Source: Cyanophora paradoxa CCMP329 (lineage: Eukaryota; Plantae; Glaucophyta). From it: 64,000 nucleotides of DNA. Numbering within the stretch: position 1 is the first letter of the stretch; each line of letters opens with the position of its first letter. This document shows, one piece after another, positions 32,964-46,828 of this stretch. The notes below the pieces were generated by a model. It did no database searches, was not told where the DNA came from, and saw nothing but the letters and a program-made list of their open reading frames with translations. The stretch spans positions 248,001-312,000 of the forward strand of contig QPMI01000416.1 in the NCBI GenBank assembly GCA_004431415.1. Reading direction: 5' to 3'. The position numbers and the translations under genes are program-made.

Positions 32964-33799
32964 CTGTAGGACACAAATGTAGCCGCTATCCATGTTTGGC
33001 TTTTCTGGATTCATCTTGACGCGTACGCGTGATATATAGCGGCTCTAATAACATAAACCAATGATCTTGAGCGGGCCTTATCATGAGTGATCATGACGCG
33101 GCACGGCGGGCCTGCTGGCGGACTGACCCTCACGATTGGCTGCCAGGCTGGTGCCGTGTAAGAGAACTGCATCGCAACTATACAGCAGCTGCAGAATTCG
33201 AACCGTTCGCGCCGATTGTGTTCGCTTCGTGCGTTCCATCGCTGTACCCCCCGCAGGATGTGCCTGCACCCGGCCGACGGCCCGGAGCCGCAGCACATCG
33301 AAAAGGCGCACGCCTCGCGCCGCAGGGTACGCGATTCTTCTCCTACCCGTCCTTTTTTCCCAGAGCGTCGCGCAGCAAATCGAGGAGCTGGCCTGGTGAC
33401 TCGCTCACCTGAGCGCCCTCCCGGAGGGCGCACGCGCCGCCCTCCCGCACGCCCCCGCCCTCCGCAAGGTACCCCCCGCCCCTTTCCCCCCGCTCCTTCT
33501 CTTTCTAACTTTTTCGGCTCAGGTCATCGCAAAGGCCGCCGGTGGAGAGGGGGACCCCGAGGCAGAGGCGGTGCGTCCGGGGCCAAAGGGGCGCGCCGGC
33601 CCCAAGCTTTCGAACTTCTCCTTAAGAGCTAAGCTCGAGATAGATAGGGCCGGGACCCTAGAGTGCCCCCGCCCTCCGTGCTCGAGCCAGGCCTAGGCCT
33701 GGGGAGCGCGCGCGGAGCTCTTCCGAGAACCGCGAACTGTTTGTTGATCGTGTTCGAACTCGGTTCGCGCAGCTCTACTCTGGCCACTCGTGGGAGACC

Positions 33800-34430
33800 C
33801 CCGAGGACGACGTCGTCACCGGCGCCATCGGCAGCGCCGTCGCCGGTGCGCGAGCCGCGTACCCCCCCCTACCCCTCCCCCCCCCTCCTCCTCCTCCACC
33901 CCTCTCCACTGAGGCTTGGTTCCTCCCCCAACCCCCCCGCAGGGTGTGCCGCGGCGCTCCTCCGCCTCCGCGCCGCGTACCCCGACAAGGTCCCGGCGCT
34001 TACCGCCACGGAGAACAAGCGCGTACCCCCCTCCCCACAGACCTGCTCGAGCCCTGGAGTGGCCTCTTTGTTCCTCCCTTTCTTTCTGACGGGGCTCTGC
34101 TCGGCGGCGCAGGTTCGCGGCCGGGATGGCAATGTTGTTCAAGGCAATACCCCCCCGCCCCCCTCTTGCTCCCCTCCCCCCTCTCTCTTGCTCCGCTTGA
34201 TGGCGTACCCCCAGACCGTCGCGAACGACGTCTTCAAGAAGCGGAACTACGCCCTCGCCTCCCTCCTCTACGGTACCCCCCTTCCCCTCCCCCCTCACTC
34301 CCCCCGCCCCCCGCCCCCTCCGAGTCCCCCTCCGCCTCAGGGGTGGGCCTGGCGCGCTGCCCGGGGTCGGAGCGGGAGACGCGGGCGGCGCTCTGCGGGA
34401 ACCTGGCCGAGGCGGACCTCGCCCTGGGCC
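33800..34430 (+). CDS. Host multi-exon fragment with a TPR-like motif
   Basis: Joining short exons across C-rich introns gives MLFK/TVANDVFKKRNYALASLLY/GVGLARCP...RAALCGNLAEADLALG. Confidence 0.45.
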
Positions 34431-37400
34431 GTGCGCCCGCCCCTCGCCCTTTTACTCCCTTTCCCTTTCACTTCACGGTTTCAGGCTTTCTCTGCGCCTA
34501 GAATATCACTCGACGCTAAGACTTGCTTCAATCTTAGCTAGAGTTTCCTCTTTTTAAATCTAAACTATGTCCTAGCCTGACCTCGGGGCCGGCAGCGGCG
34601 TGGGCCGAGGAGGCTCTCCTGGCCGCCGAGAAGTCCCTAAGGGAGGCCGAGGTCGGTCTATTTGTACTCCTGTTACCAAATTACAGCAGGAAGCATTTGA
34701 TTTCTTTGATTTCCCTCGCGGCAGGCGGCGGGACAGGGGGAGGGGCCCGTGGCGGCCAAGGCCCGCGCCCGCGCCGCCCGCGCCCGCGCCCTCATCGGGG
34801 CCCCCGCTCCCGCCGCGTGAGAGCCCCGCGATACGTACCACGAGACTTTCATGTATCTGAAGTTATGAAATCGCTTGAATTTCAGCTTCTATATATATAT
34901 CATATAAAGGGGCAGCTAGGGAAAGGGGCCCGACTCTGACCGTCAAACGCCCGAGGCGGCTAAGGCCTAGGCCCACGCCCGCGCCGCCCGCGCCACGCGG
35001 CCCGCACCCTCGCCCGCGCCCTCCTCGGAGGCGCCGGGCCCGGGGGGCCGAGCCGGGGGCCTAGGCCCTAGGCCCGGCCAGCGCTAGCTATAGCTGCCGC
35101 AGACTCCCGCAGTATGCAGGCATGCGCAAGTACATAATAATAAACTTGAAAATGCCAATTCCAGGAGGGGACCCCGCCGGGGTCGTTTGCGTATTGCAAT
35201 TGCAATGTATATAAAAAGCCTTAGACCTACAGTCACCTTAGACTCACCTACTGTCCTAGCTCTAGATCTAGCTCTTCTTCTGTCTGTCTCGAAAATTCTA
35301 AATTTTCGCGAAGTATTAATACTAAGTTATAACTTATTACTTAAGACGCAAGCGGACACTTGCGAAAAAAATCGGGTTAACACGGCCGGCTGAGCTTGCA
35401 GTTTCGATTCAGTTCCCCGTTTTGTCGCACCCAATATGAACCCTCATGTGCGAACACGTCGAGTGTCGACATCGGCGTAGACCCGACTCACCCCGACAGC
35501 TGCCACCGCGGGCTCACGAGCTCACTCAGAGTCACGTCGCCGCGGCGCCTCGCAACTCGGAGAGTCGGCCGGCGCCTATATAGCTACTAGAGGCTAGGCC
35601 TCGACATCGGCGACCCGGCTAGCGGCGGCGAATCTCCGCGGCCGGCGATCGGCGCCGACTCGCCGAGTCGGCGGCCGCGTGCACACGTACGCGTACACGT
35701 ACGCGTACGTGGACATCGATTGCGATATCGATCGACGAAATTCGGAACTTCGGAACGTAGTTCCCCAAATCGACGTCGTTCCCCAAAACGCTAGATTTTG
35801 ACATTGTTTGCAAACGGAAACTACGTGGCAGATTATCTCGGGCCCGGGTCCGCGGATACGGAAGTAACGGAAAATGGCGGATACTAGTAACGGAAAGTAA
35901 CGGAAAGGAACTACCCGGGGTAGTCTGCATGTAACGGAAAGGAACGGAAAGTCTGCATGCAGCTGGACTACAGCAGCGCATGCGCAGCGCAGGCTGCAGC
36001 AGCGCGCTGCATACGGCAGCTGCAGCTGCAGCTTCTGTCACAGTGTACCGTAGTACATGTGCACGCGTATGTGGCTATAGCGCTAGCGTGCGCTAGCAAA
36101 GGCGCTTGTCTTGAAGGAGCACATCAGCAAGCGGAGTCAACGCAGCGCCGCGGCCGTCTCCTGAATTCGAAGTAGCGAGCTCGAGGCGGAGAGAGATTAT
36201 AATTAATATTTAAAATTTCAATGATTATTATTTTGCCACACGTACGCATAGACGTAGCCTCTAGTCACGTAGGTAGCGCATGCGCAAAGCACGGTTTAAT
36301 TATAATTATAAGCACCTGCAGCTGCCCGCGGCCGCCGCAATGTTGCAAACCGCGAACAGCAGTGCGAATATTAATATCGCACTTACAAGCATCGAATTAC
36401 AATTCATGCGCGTATCACGCTCAGACAGAGACTGCAGCTGGAATCTGCTGCGCATGCCAGACTGCTGGATCCGATGATCCAGAGTTTGCAAGGATATTCG
36501 CTAGACCGACTTATATTAATTACTCGGCATATGCATCGATATCAGAAGGCTTCAAAAACAATTATTAAATTTATAAATGGGGGGGTGCGGGGGGGCTTGC
36601 CCCCCTGCTTGTTATTTTCCTGTACTACCGCCGCAGCATCAGCTGCAGCCGCCGCGCCGCTACCGGTACTGAGTACCGGACCGGTATAGTACGGTACCGG
36701 TACTACTAGTAGTCCGGTACCGGTAGCTCCCAGAGCTCCCACCGCCTCTCGGTACTGTGGTTTACGTAACGGCTGGCGTCGGCCGCGTCGTAAGAAGACT
36801 CGTGAGTCGTCACTGACTCGTCAGTCGTAACCGAGCGGGGGACCGGATCGGACCGGGGTCCGGGGGACCGGCGGGGGTCCAACTCGTCCGAGCCTAGGAG
36901 GCTGCCAAGGCTCGAAGGAGGGACCGGTACCGGCAGCAGGGGCCGGGTACCGGATACTACCGGTAGTACTAGTACCGCAGTAGTACGGTACCGGGAATTT
37001 CGAAGTCGATTTTTTATCGGCGGAAAGTCGACGTCGGCGGCCCTGGGGCCCAGGCTGGGGGGCCAGTGGGGGCCGGGCCCGGGGGCCCGGCGGCCCGGCC
37101 CGGGCCGCCCGGCCGGGCGGACTCCGGGAGAGTCGCCGCCGACTCGCGATCGCCGGATCCGGAGACTCGAATTCCGATGATCCGATCGGGCGACCGTCCG
37201 ACGGTCGGACGGCGGACGGGCCCCGGGACCGTGACGGCCCGCCCCGGGCGGCCGGCCGCGGCCCCGGCCCCCGGGCCCCGACCCCCGGCCCCCGGGCCCC
37301 GGGCCGTGGCGGCGCGTCCCGTTCTGCCCGTCAAAACTCGCACCGGAATAATGCGTTTCGAAAAATTTTGGCTGCTGAGGGGGACAGCACTTTTCGTAGC

Positions 37401-37761
37401 GTGTTGATATTAATGCGGTCCTAAATTAATGCGTTTTAATTTCATTGCAGAAAACGCATTAATTAGGTACCGCATTACTTAATTATAAGTGCGCGCATTA
37501 CTTAAGTGTTTTACGGTACTAGTAGTACTGCGGGGCCAGTGCGCCGGCGGGGCACTGCGAGCCGCCGGCCCGGCGCCGGGCCCAGTGCGGGGGCAGCGGC
37601 CCGGCCGCGGCAGCCGAAGGCCCGAAGCTGGAAAAGCCTGGAATACTGGTAACCACTGCTAACCGTTGAACCAGTGGTAAGCGGCTCGAGCTCGGCGCTC
37701 GCTCCCTGTCTACCGTGGTACTGTATAGCAGCCTATATATATTAGTAGTCGCCGGCCTTAA

Positions 37762-40700
37762 TTGCGCTTGATCCGACTGTCGTGCGGGTCGACATCCGAC
37801 GGGGGCGGTCCGCGGCACACTGCGGCAGGTTCCAACGTTAACGTCGCCAAGATGGGTGCTGCGCAGGCCAAGTGTTACACCAGCTCCGACTGCTCTGGAA
37901 CCGAAGCCTTCAAGTCGGACAGGTGGCCGCCGTCCACTGGCCCGGGGCGGCCGGGCCACGCGGGCGCCACGCCGCGATCCAACGAACGATTCCTGATGCA
38001 TGAGGACGCGCGCGCGCGCGCAGCGATGGAAACGTGGTATCTGTCTGCTCGAATCCAGCGTACGCGTCCGGAATTGAGAAGGGCGACAAGACGTCGACGT
38101 GCATCGCAGCAAAGCTGCTGTGCTACAACTCAACGTCCGTACTCTTGTCGTGCCGTGCATTAGAGCTCATATCTATACTATGATATGCATCATGGCCGCG
38201 GCCGGGCGTGTACATATATGCATACGTCTATCTATCTATCTATATGTAGATATACGAAGAGATCGTGCTCCGGGCCCCGGGCCTCCAAGGCTCGCTTTAC
38301 AAAGTTAATCCGATCATGCCATGATGATCACGATATCGCGATCGATGATCTATGCGTACGTGCGCAGAGACTGCTCAGGCATCCCAACGATTGGAAAGGA
38401 CGCTGCTGGCAAGGCCGTCACCGCATAGTGCGCGCGCGCCCTCTAGAGCTAGAATTGACGAAGTCTTTTCGATAATTCAGGACGTTGACGAATATATTGA
38501 TAATGTGATTTCATTTATCAATCCGATCTTTGAAAGCAATCATTCCAACGTTCGCGTCCGCAGTCAACCCGACGGGGTCTCTATTGACGAAGCGATCCGT
38601 CAGTGTCCTGTGCGTTTTGATGGCGTCTCCGTGAATTGCGCTCCTCTAGATTTCTGCTGTTTTTTGCGGAATTCGAACTCATCGGGCGTTTTTCGTATGC
38701 CCGGATGACGTTTAGAACGGCACCCTGAGCTACAAGAACGGCGGCGACAAGGACCAATGTCATTCCGCCCTAAAGTATGATGACTATCTGCTCTGCTACA
38801 ACTCAGCGTCAGTGTCCCAATTGCATGTATGGCTCTTCAAGGTGATCACGATGCGCTCACATCGGCCTGGGCTCGCAGAGACTGCTCTGGCACCCCAACG
38901 ATTGGAAAGGATGCTGCAGGCAACCCTGTCACCGAATTGTGCGCGACACCCTAGCCTCTGATCATGATACATTTCTTGCAGAGCGTTAACGAGTACAATC
39001 TATCGTAATTTAAAAAGATTCATGATCAATCTTAGATTCAATCTTTTCTAATCAGAGAAATCATGTTCGCATGCGCAGTTGGCCAATGAGCTTAAAGCAG
39101 ATTTGGCCGATATCTACAGCTAATGACACAGCGATCAGACAATGTCCTGTGCGTGTTCAGTGAACGTTGCGCCAAGTACTATCTATAGTGTTGCGCGGAA
39201 CTTACGCATACGCTGCTGCATGATCTGTAGATTGGAACCGTGAGCTACAAGAACGCTGACCTCGACCCCAACGACTCCACAGTCAGCAATACATGCCAAG
39301 CAGTCCCCAAGTACATGGCTTGCCACAAAAGTCTGGATTGCGCGAGCACGGGAGACGACATCACCTATGTTTTCGGATCGCTCGAACGGAATCCGGAGCT
39401 GAACTTCTGCCCCGCGGATACGCTAAGCATCCGTGACGTGAACGGAACGACCGCGGGGACATGCCATCGCTCGGCCCTCCTCTGCTTCCGCGACGGGCAG
39501 TGCAAAGACACCCCAACGGTCGCGAAGGGCAGCGCGGGAAACATCCTCAGCAAATAGTACGCGAGCCCTCCCGCGGCCGCGATGGTGGTAGCGCTGTTGT
39601 GATGAACTGGAGGAAACCGTGCAGCCAAATCGCGGGGATGTCGAACGACCAGGTCTGGGCGCGCTGTCCGGTGAGTCCGTACGCGTGCTCATACATATGC
39701 ATGCACATATGCATGCAATCGATCGCCATATTTTGTCGTTGTTTATAAATATAGCGATCTCACGTACATCCTTCGAATTCGTAATCTTAAGCATCTTGCA
39801 TTGCACAGCTTGGCACAACGGCGTACATGAACGGTTACGAACCCTACGACTGGTGTACGCGCGCCAAGGGCACTATCGAGTGTCACAAGAGCATCGATTG
39901 CACGAGCTCGGGAGGCGATGTAACCTACATTTATGGGGACCGAGATACCGACGCGTGCGCTCCTACTGAAATCTCATGCTCGCGCTCTGACCTTCGTTGT
40001 CGTGCTCGCTGATCGTGAGATGCTTCGGCATGGCCGCGCGCGGGTTGCAATTATTTGCAGCGCGCGATGCCCAGGACCCTCGGCTAGCTGGAAATTCATG
40101 GGCTCGGATGGGTGCAACAAAGCGGCCCTCCTCTGCTATTCCGGCCGCGATTGCACGGGCACTGCAACGGTTGGAAGAACTCCTGAAGGATCCGTTCACA
40201 AAGCTTAGTACGTTAACGTTCGGAATCCCAATATTAATCAACTTTGTATTCAAGCTCATCGTCGAAATTAACACTACGGGCGCAGTTACTTGTATGGCCA
40301 TTCCGACAAAACAATCTACGAGAAATGCCCTACAGGGTACCTAACAGTGATCATGATTTCGATATGCATGCCACCATTGTTCCAGAGAATATTAATTGCA
40401 CAGCGGCGCCGGCCCGCCTGATCCGGACCGCTCGCCATCTTTTTGAAACGGTCGACAGGACGCTGTCCTTCATGAGAGCACCGGGTGAATTCACTTGGTA
40501 CGGAGACACCTCGGTATATCAGTCAAACGGGTGCTCCAATTCAGTCAAGGGGGGGAAGTGCTTTGAGGTTGGTTCAGACTCCATGGCTAGATCTTCAGAT
40601 TTGCTTTCCCGTGTGCTCTCCAATTGCAAGTCCACTGATGAATGCTAAAACTGTGCCTCGCCACGATCAGAGCTTGGACTGCACGTCGTCCGATCCAAGT

Positions 40701-41762
40701 GAGAAAGACGTGACCTTCGCTTTCGATGCGGCGTCTTGCCCGAAGTCCGCCGCGTCCTTCTTGCCCCTTTCGGGGCGGTATGCCTCCGACATACGATGCA
40801 CCCCTGCGAAACTGACGTGTTACGCCGACACGTACGCGCTTGCGTAATTAATTATAATTAGCCGGCGGGCCGGGGCTCACACCTTGTGAACAGCTAGCTA
40901 GCGCTACTAAGTGATCATCGGATCATTGATTTCGCCACTGCGGCAGATATTGTGGCACGCCACTCGGAGTCGGGAAAGACTCGTCAGGCCAACCAGTCGA
41001 CAAATAGTACGTTCGTTCCGCACCGTTTTCTCCCGGCCGCGGGTCCTCATCCGCATGCGCACGCGCAAGCGCGGTCTAGCCATAGGAAACCTTTTCTTAA
41101 GTAAAACATTTGATATATATAATCAATCGTAATGAAATGCGTGCCATGATATCGATGTGCGCACGCAGTCAACCGGAGGGCGTCACGAACGAGCAGGCCT
41201 GGGCGCGCTGTCCGGTGCGCACGTGCACGCATGTGCATGTAAACTTACACGTGCAATTAAATCTTATATTTTCTGTTCAATGTACTTGCCAGGCTTGTAC
41301 TACAAATGACACGCTCATTAAAAATTCCGGTCCGTAGGGCGGCACATTGTCAGTCAAGGAAACGGGCGGTCAGTGTAACTCAAACATTCACGTTGGCTAC
41401 GCCTGGTAATTATATATATACGTATTCATGTTCAGCGATATATCATGGATAAGGTTATAATGCAGCTGTGCATGCGCAGCTACTCAGATGAACGGTGCTA
41501 CTCTACCCCGACGTACGTCTTTGACAGGGCCAATTGCCCTTCAAACACAGCTGCCGTGCGTATACGGATCCAGGATCTCATGGCCACCTATATTGAGGCT
41601 TGCTACTTCAACGCTGAAGCTTCAACTAATCTTTGCATGCTTCAGAGCAAACAAGGCTATTATGCTTGCACACCCAAATCGCAGTGGAACCTACTAGACG
41701 AAGACGTCAATGTCGCCGAGGAGGAATTCGAGGTCGGCTGCACTCCCTCGCGCACACCGTGA
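37762..41762 (+). CDS. Host multi-exon cysteine-rich repeat protein
   Basis: Recurring exon modules CHKS(L/I)DCxS..DxTY, LxCY, DCxGTxTxG and (V/A)WARCP over ~4 kb; start and exon limits approximate. Confidence 0.6.
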
Positions 41763-43591
41763 CTTCTCTCGAGCCACTGAATATTAATACGGGAGTGCAC
41801 GGCGCGTGTCACAGTGTGTGCAGGATCCGGCCTTGGCGGATACCGATGTCGACGGCGAGCTCGAGGGCCTCGACAACCTTTGCTTCGAGGCCAGCCCCGA
41901 GGTACCCACGATCGCCCTCTAGCGCGTGAATTTGTCTACCCCAGTTTCAAGTTTAGCTCACTGGACCTGCGCGAACGCTGCGGTATACATAGACCGCCGG
42001 GGAGCTGGTCGGCATTCTGGAAGCCTCCTGATCATGAGCCGATGACGACATTGACAAATGCCAAATGGCGAAGTAAATTCCAAATCAAATACCCGCTCTA
42101 GATCTATTTTTCAGAACCAGCATCCGACTCGGCGAACACTTTCAAACATCCGAGTTTCGACTGTGAATTCGAAACTCTGAGAATGAGAAGAGAATTCGAA
42201 TTTTCGAAGGGGGGGGCGGGAGTCCGCGGTTGTACGGGAGTGGCGGGCCAGAGGGCGTGCGGGGATTAATTTATAAGCAATTGTTCAAGTCATCACTGAG
42301 TCAAGCGCTAGCTTCGCCCAGGCCACCGCCCCTTTCTCACTTCTCTCGGAAATCACAAGCAGGGGGGCAAGCGCTAGCCCCCCCGCACCCCCCGCCCACC
42401 GTGGCCCACCGATGTACGTATGTGATGGAGTCGGGCGGCTGCGGCCGCGATCGGTCGGCCCGGCCGCCCGGGTCGCGATCGGGCCGCCGGACCGCCCGCA
42501 GCCACCGCCTCCTGCGGAGAGCTTCAGAAAAGGGTACACGAAATCGGGGGAGAAGGGGGTACGGGCTCACGGCAATGGCAGGTCCGAGGGCGGCGGCGGC
42601 GGCAGCCGAATCTGGTGACCCTGAGGCGTATGCCCCCGTGGCTCCGGCTACGAGGGCCGATGCAGCCTTAGCCAGCCAGAGCCCGGCCTGCATTTGGCGG
42701 GGTACGTCGCACAAGGAAGGGCGCGGTGCTGGTGTGGGTACACCGCCCGGACAGCTAGGATCGGGGCGCGGGCGAGGACATCGAAACGGACCATGGCCGC
42801 TGGATCAGAGAATCGCACGCCGAGACGGGGCGGAGGGCTGCGCAGGGTCGACGCGCCGTTCGGGCTGCATGCTAGCGCTAGCTATGTATATATATATATA
42901 TATGCTGCGTGCCCTCCACTCGAACCCCCCCCCCCTCTCCCTCCCCGCTCCGCGGCCGGTTGCCGCTCCCCTGCCTAGGCCTGTCAGAGTCGGTGCGCAG
43001 GCCCAGTGAAATATTTCTTGATCACATCATAATCATGAAACAGATATATATTTAGTTCTAGCTATAGATCTTGCAATTGATCATGAGGCCAATGAGTCAA
43101 GCGGGCGACTCAGTGATAATCGATATCAATAATTTTACACCAAGCCGCTAGCGCTGAGCTCCATCTTTGACACGCTAGTTCGTTTGGCAGGATATTGATA
43201 TCGATATTTATCTCAAGACATTTTCTAGTTCTATCCGACATCGGTGATCCGATGCATTTCATCGATATCCGCTATAACTATATAAAGCAGCTTGCACGAT
43301 CCGGCTCACAGCTACAGCAGCTTGCATATGCTCCGCTGCAGGCCACGGCATTGTATAATTAACGGTCGACCACGGCCGCGGCCTGGAGGTCCTTTCCGAA
43401 GTCGATCAAAGCAACGAGCATCGTGGCTTCAAAAGAGGTGGCCGTTTTCAGCTTCGTGTAGTCGCCAAAGACTTCCTCAATCTTATTGAGAATCTACCGT
43501 CCCCCCCACGCGTTAGAGCTCTATATATATATGTACCTGGATCTTCGGCGATGTTTTCAAATTTATTATTAAAGCCGGTGCCAAACCTTTG

Positions 43592-45643
43592 TTATTGCGG
43601 CATCAATTTGGGTGGTGTTGGCGCCCCGAATGCCCTTGTCCACAGTCTCCAGGGCCTTGTGGCAATTATGTGTCCGATCCGCCAGACGTGAGCACTACAT
43701 TGGAAAGCAAGCGATCGCGAAGGAGACGGGATTCGGACCTTCGCAGTGGAGTTCCTGTTCACAAACAGCGCAGCTCCACCTACCGCGGTACAATCCATCA
43801 TCGATATCCGGGAGGGCAGCTCACGATTAGCGGCCACGATCATGAGATTTCGCAGTGATTGTGTTTCGAATTTGCCGCACCAGCAAGGATGCTGTGGATA
43901 GCGGTTGTCAGGTAGCCCGGGACTCCGAAGGCCTGATGATGGGGAGCTCAAACTTGGCTCGCATGCGCAAAATTGAATTTTAAAACCGTCGACGGACCGC
44001 GATGCCGACGAAAATGAAAATAAAGAAGAAAAACAGGAAGAGACAACTTTCATACAACAGCCCAACGTCGCTCAACCTTTAGGGGGAGTCAATTTGCAAC
44101 ATTTGCCTGTACATGTCACGCATATATTTAAGTACATGCGCTCGGGTGCGTACGCACGAGCATCGCTCTTGCATGGCGAAAATTCGAACAATCATCCCGA
44201 CCTTCCCATAATTGAACTTCGTCAGCATCTTCTGGATGCTTTCCTTTGCTCCCTGAATGTTTGCATGCTCGCCGCCGGGGGTTGCAGGGGTAAAAGGGAA
44301 ATTTCCAAACTCCGATTCGCCATCTTGATTAACCTGCTGCGCTTTGCTTGATGTATTCGAGTGCGCAATACTAAATAATAACGAGTGAAATGCAAGCGCA
44401 CGCACGTGATAGGAATTGGCGGGCTCTCGAATGCCTTTGAACGATTCTAGGCCTTGTTTCCGTGAGCTGGAGCTCGGGTGCGCGACCTCAACGACCATCG
44501 TGCTCGCTCCCTCCACCTCCTCGACATGTACATCTTGATTTTCCCGATCGGCGGTTTCGCTCTCTGGCGCACCTGCCTGCATGCGCAGACCACGACGCGC
44601 ATGAGAGGCCTGAGGTGGATTCGCGGTTTTCTCTGCCTCGGCCAGGGCTGTCGATGCAGAAAAGGTCGGCGCAGCTCAGCGGCTGCAGTAAGCAGCGGAG
44701 ACATGTGTCCAGCACGGCGAGCGCTAGCGCACCCCGTCTTGAGTTAAAGATTTCCATTCGAACGGCCTGAATGAGACGCTGTTGAGCAGCGGTACGAGCC
44801 TGCATCTGAAGGCGGCTCTCCACGTATTTCATAAACTCGATATTCTGCTTGTGGTCTGGAAAGCGATCGTATTCAGGGATTGCTTATTAGCAGTGTAGGT
44901 CGAATAGCAAGCAGATCTAGGCATTCGTAATCTAGATCACAGGCGCTGACCCTTCAGCGAAGTGAGCGCCTTCTTCACGTCTCTGATCTCTTCGATCAAC
45001 TCCGTGAAAGCGGCGCGCGCTTTGTTGATCTCGGAAGAAAGCTGGGCGCCAAGACGTTTGAGGAACTTCCACAACCTCCAGACGTGTCCCAGAAACGATA
45101 CTATAGCTGCGCACGTGCACGTGCACGTGTCGCATGTTCAGCTCCAAATGTACAGCGAGACGTACGCAAATAATAGAGATATTAACAATATTAATGCATA
45201 CCCACGCAAATCGGTATGACACGCTCTGGCTTGAGAATAACGCCTACGTTATGTTACGTGAGATATAGAGCCACAATGAAAATTATTATCTTAGATCAAT
45301 GAAAATTATGTAATCACCAAGTGAGACCCATAATATCGTCACGCTAGTCCCGACGAGGGACGCAATCGCAAAGATGACCCAGAAGGAGAGCGCGACCGAG
45401 AACACGAATTTCAGCCACCACAAAAGTCTCCCATCCATCGGGATGCTGTCATCTTGGATGGCCGACTTGTCGTGAGCAGCGCCAATTCTGTTGATACGAT
45501 TCACCAGGTTTTGAGTCCATTCCTTGTTGTGGAAATAATACATGCACAATGAGAACTGCGATCACGATTGCGTCAAGCTCTGTACACGTAATAAATTTAT
45601 TTCCAGCCGCAGCACAAAGAGCCTACCCCGTTCAGAATGTAGA
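43592..45643 (-). CDS. Host multi-exon gene, probable membrane protein, apparently cut by element 3
   Basis: Minus-strand exon-like ORFs including hydrophobic LLWWLKFVFSVALSFWVIFAIASLV; intron-like GT...AG next to the junction. Confidence 0.4.
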
Positions 45644-45942
45644 CACACATAGAGAAAGCCCGCGTTTTATCCCTCGGCAAAGTTTAATTATATTTTGTTT
45701 ATATTTTACCTATATTTATTGCATATTTAACGATAATTTATGTGTATTTTATCCTTTATTCTTGTCTTTTATGTGCGTATTTCTTATAAATTACTATCCA
45801 AACCCTTACTGTTATTTAATTTACTCGTATCTCCGATGTATTTCACCTCTATCTCTCGTAATCACTTGTATTTGAGGTGGATTTTAAACTTAGTTAAATT
45901 ATATCACGCCTCCTGATAAAACGCGGGCTTTCTCTATGTGTG
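45644..45942. repeat. Perfect 28-bp inverted repeat pair around an AT-rich spacer
   Basis: CACACATAGAGAAAGCCCGCGTTTTATC (45644-45671) and its exact reverse complement (45915-45942). Confidence 0.92.
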
Positions 45943-46128
45943 ATATTACGCATTATCGTGTATAATGATATGGAAATAATATGGGTATGCATTTAATGAA
46001 AAATATGTATTTAATTATACAAGAAATATGTATGAAATTATAATGGAATTCCAACGAAAAATAAAAAAATGTTCTTTGCGCTTGCGCAAGGCAAGCTTAG
46101 CGTGCCGCTGGATATAATGCGATGATGA

Positions 46129-46460
46129 GTCGTCAGACAAGCTGCCTTGGCTGCGCCTATGGAGCGCATATGGCGCCGTTGTAAACAGCTACAAGTCGTC
46201 AGACAAGCTGCCTCGGCTGCGCCTGTGCTGTAAGGAGCGTGGAGCGTGTATTATAAGAAAGATAAGTTAGTATTCTATATAGATCTTCTGTTATTATAAT
46301 GGTATTTCCTATGTGTAACAGGTGTAACAGGTTCATCCCAAACTTTCCCCTAGGAGGAGGTCGGCGGTTTGGAACTTTGGGATTGACCTGTTACACCCGT
46401 TACAACGTAAACAACTATAAGTCGTCAGACAAGCTGCCTCGGCTGCGCCTGTGCTGTGTG
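46129..46460 (+). repeat. Three ~30-bp direct repeats
   Basis: GTCGTCAGACAAGCTGCCT(T/C)GGCTGCGCCT at 46129, 46195 and 46421. Confidence 0.9.
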
Positions 46461-46664
46461 GGAGGCGGAGCGTATAATACAATAAAGATAACGTAGTATT
46501 ACTTATGGTATATTATGTTATTTTAAGACTGAGATTATGTTATTTTAATGGGTTCTTACTGAAAATGGTATGTGTAACAGGTGTAACAGGTTCATCCCAA
46601 ACTTTCCCCTAGGAGGAGGTCGGCGGCTTGGAACTTTGGGGAGAACCTGTTACACCTGTTACAC
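46314..46664 (+). repeat. Two tandem ~92-bp iteron hairpins
   Basis: TGTAACAGG x2 ... CCTGTTACA x2 at 46314-46404 and 46572-46664; the second has a 22-bp perfect outer stem. Confidence 0.92.
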
Positions 46665-46828
46665 CACACTTAAATACTATAAATTAACCTGTTACATCTT
46701 CTTTTACCACTTATTACCGTGTCGGAAATCTCGATACTTTATGTCTCTCCGTATGTGGAGATCCACCAAAGATACCTATTATCCTCTCTTCTATTAACGA
46801 TGATATATTACATGTCTTTCGCTCGTGC

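Noticed and set aside
36570-36610. G-run/C-run hairpin as a Helitron end or rolling-circle origin
   Set aside because: No associated Rep/helicase gene or defined termini.
46129-46460. 30-bp repeats as a CRISPR array
   Set aside because: Only three copies, very unequal spacing (66 and 226 bp), no cas genes, eukaryotic viral context.
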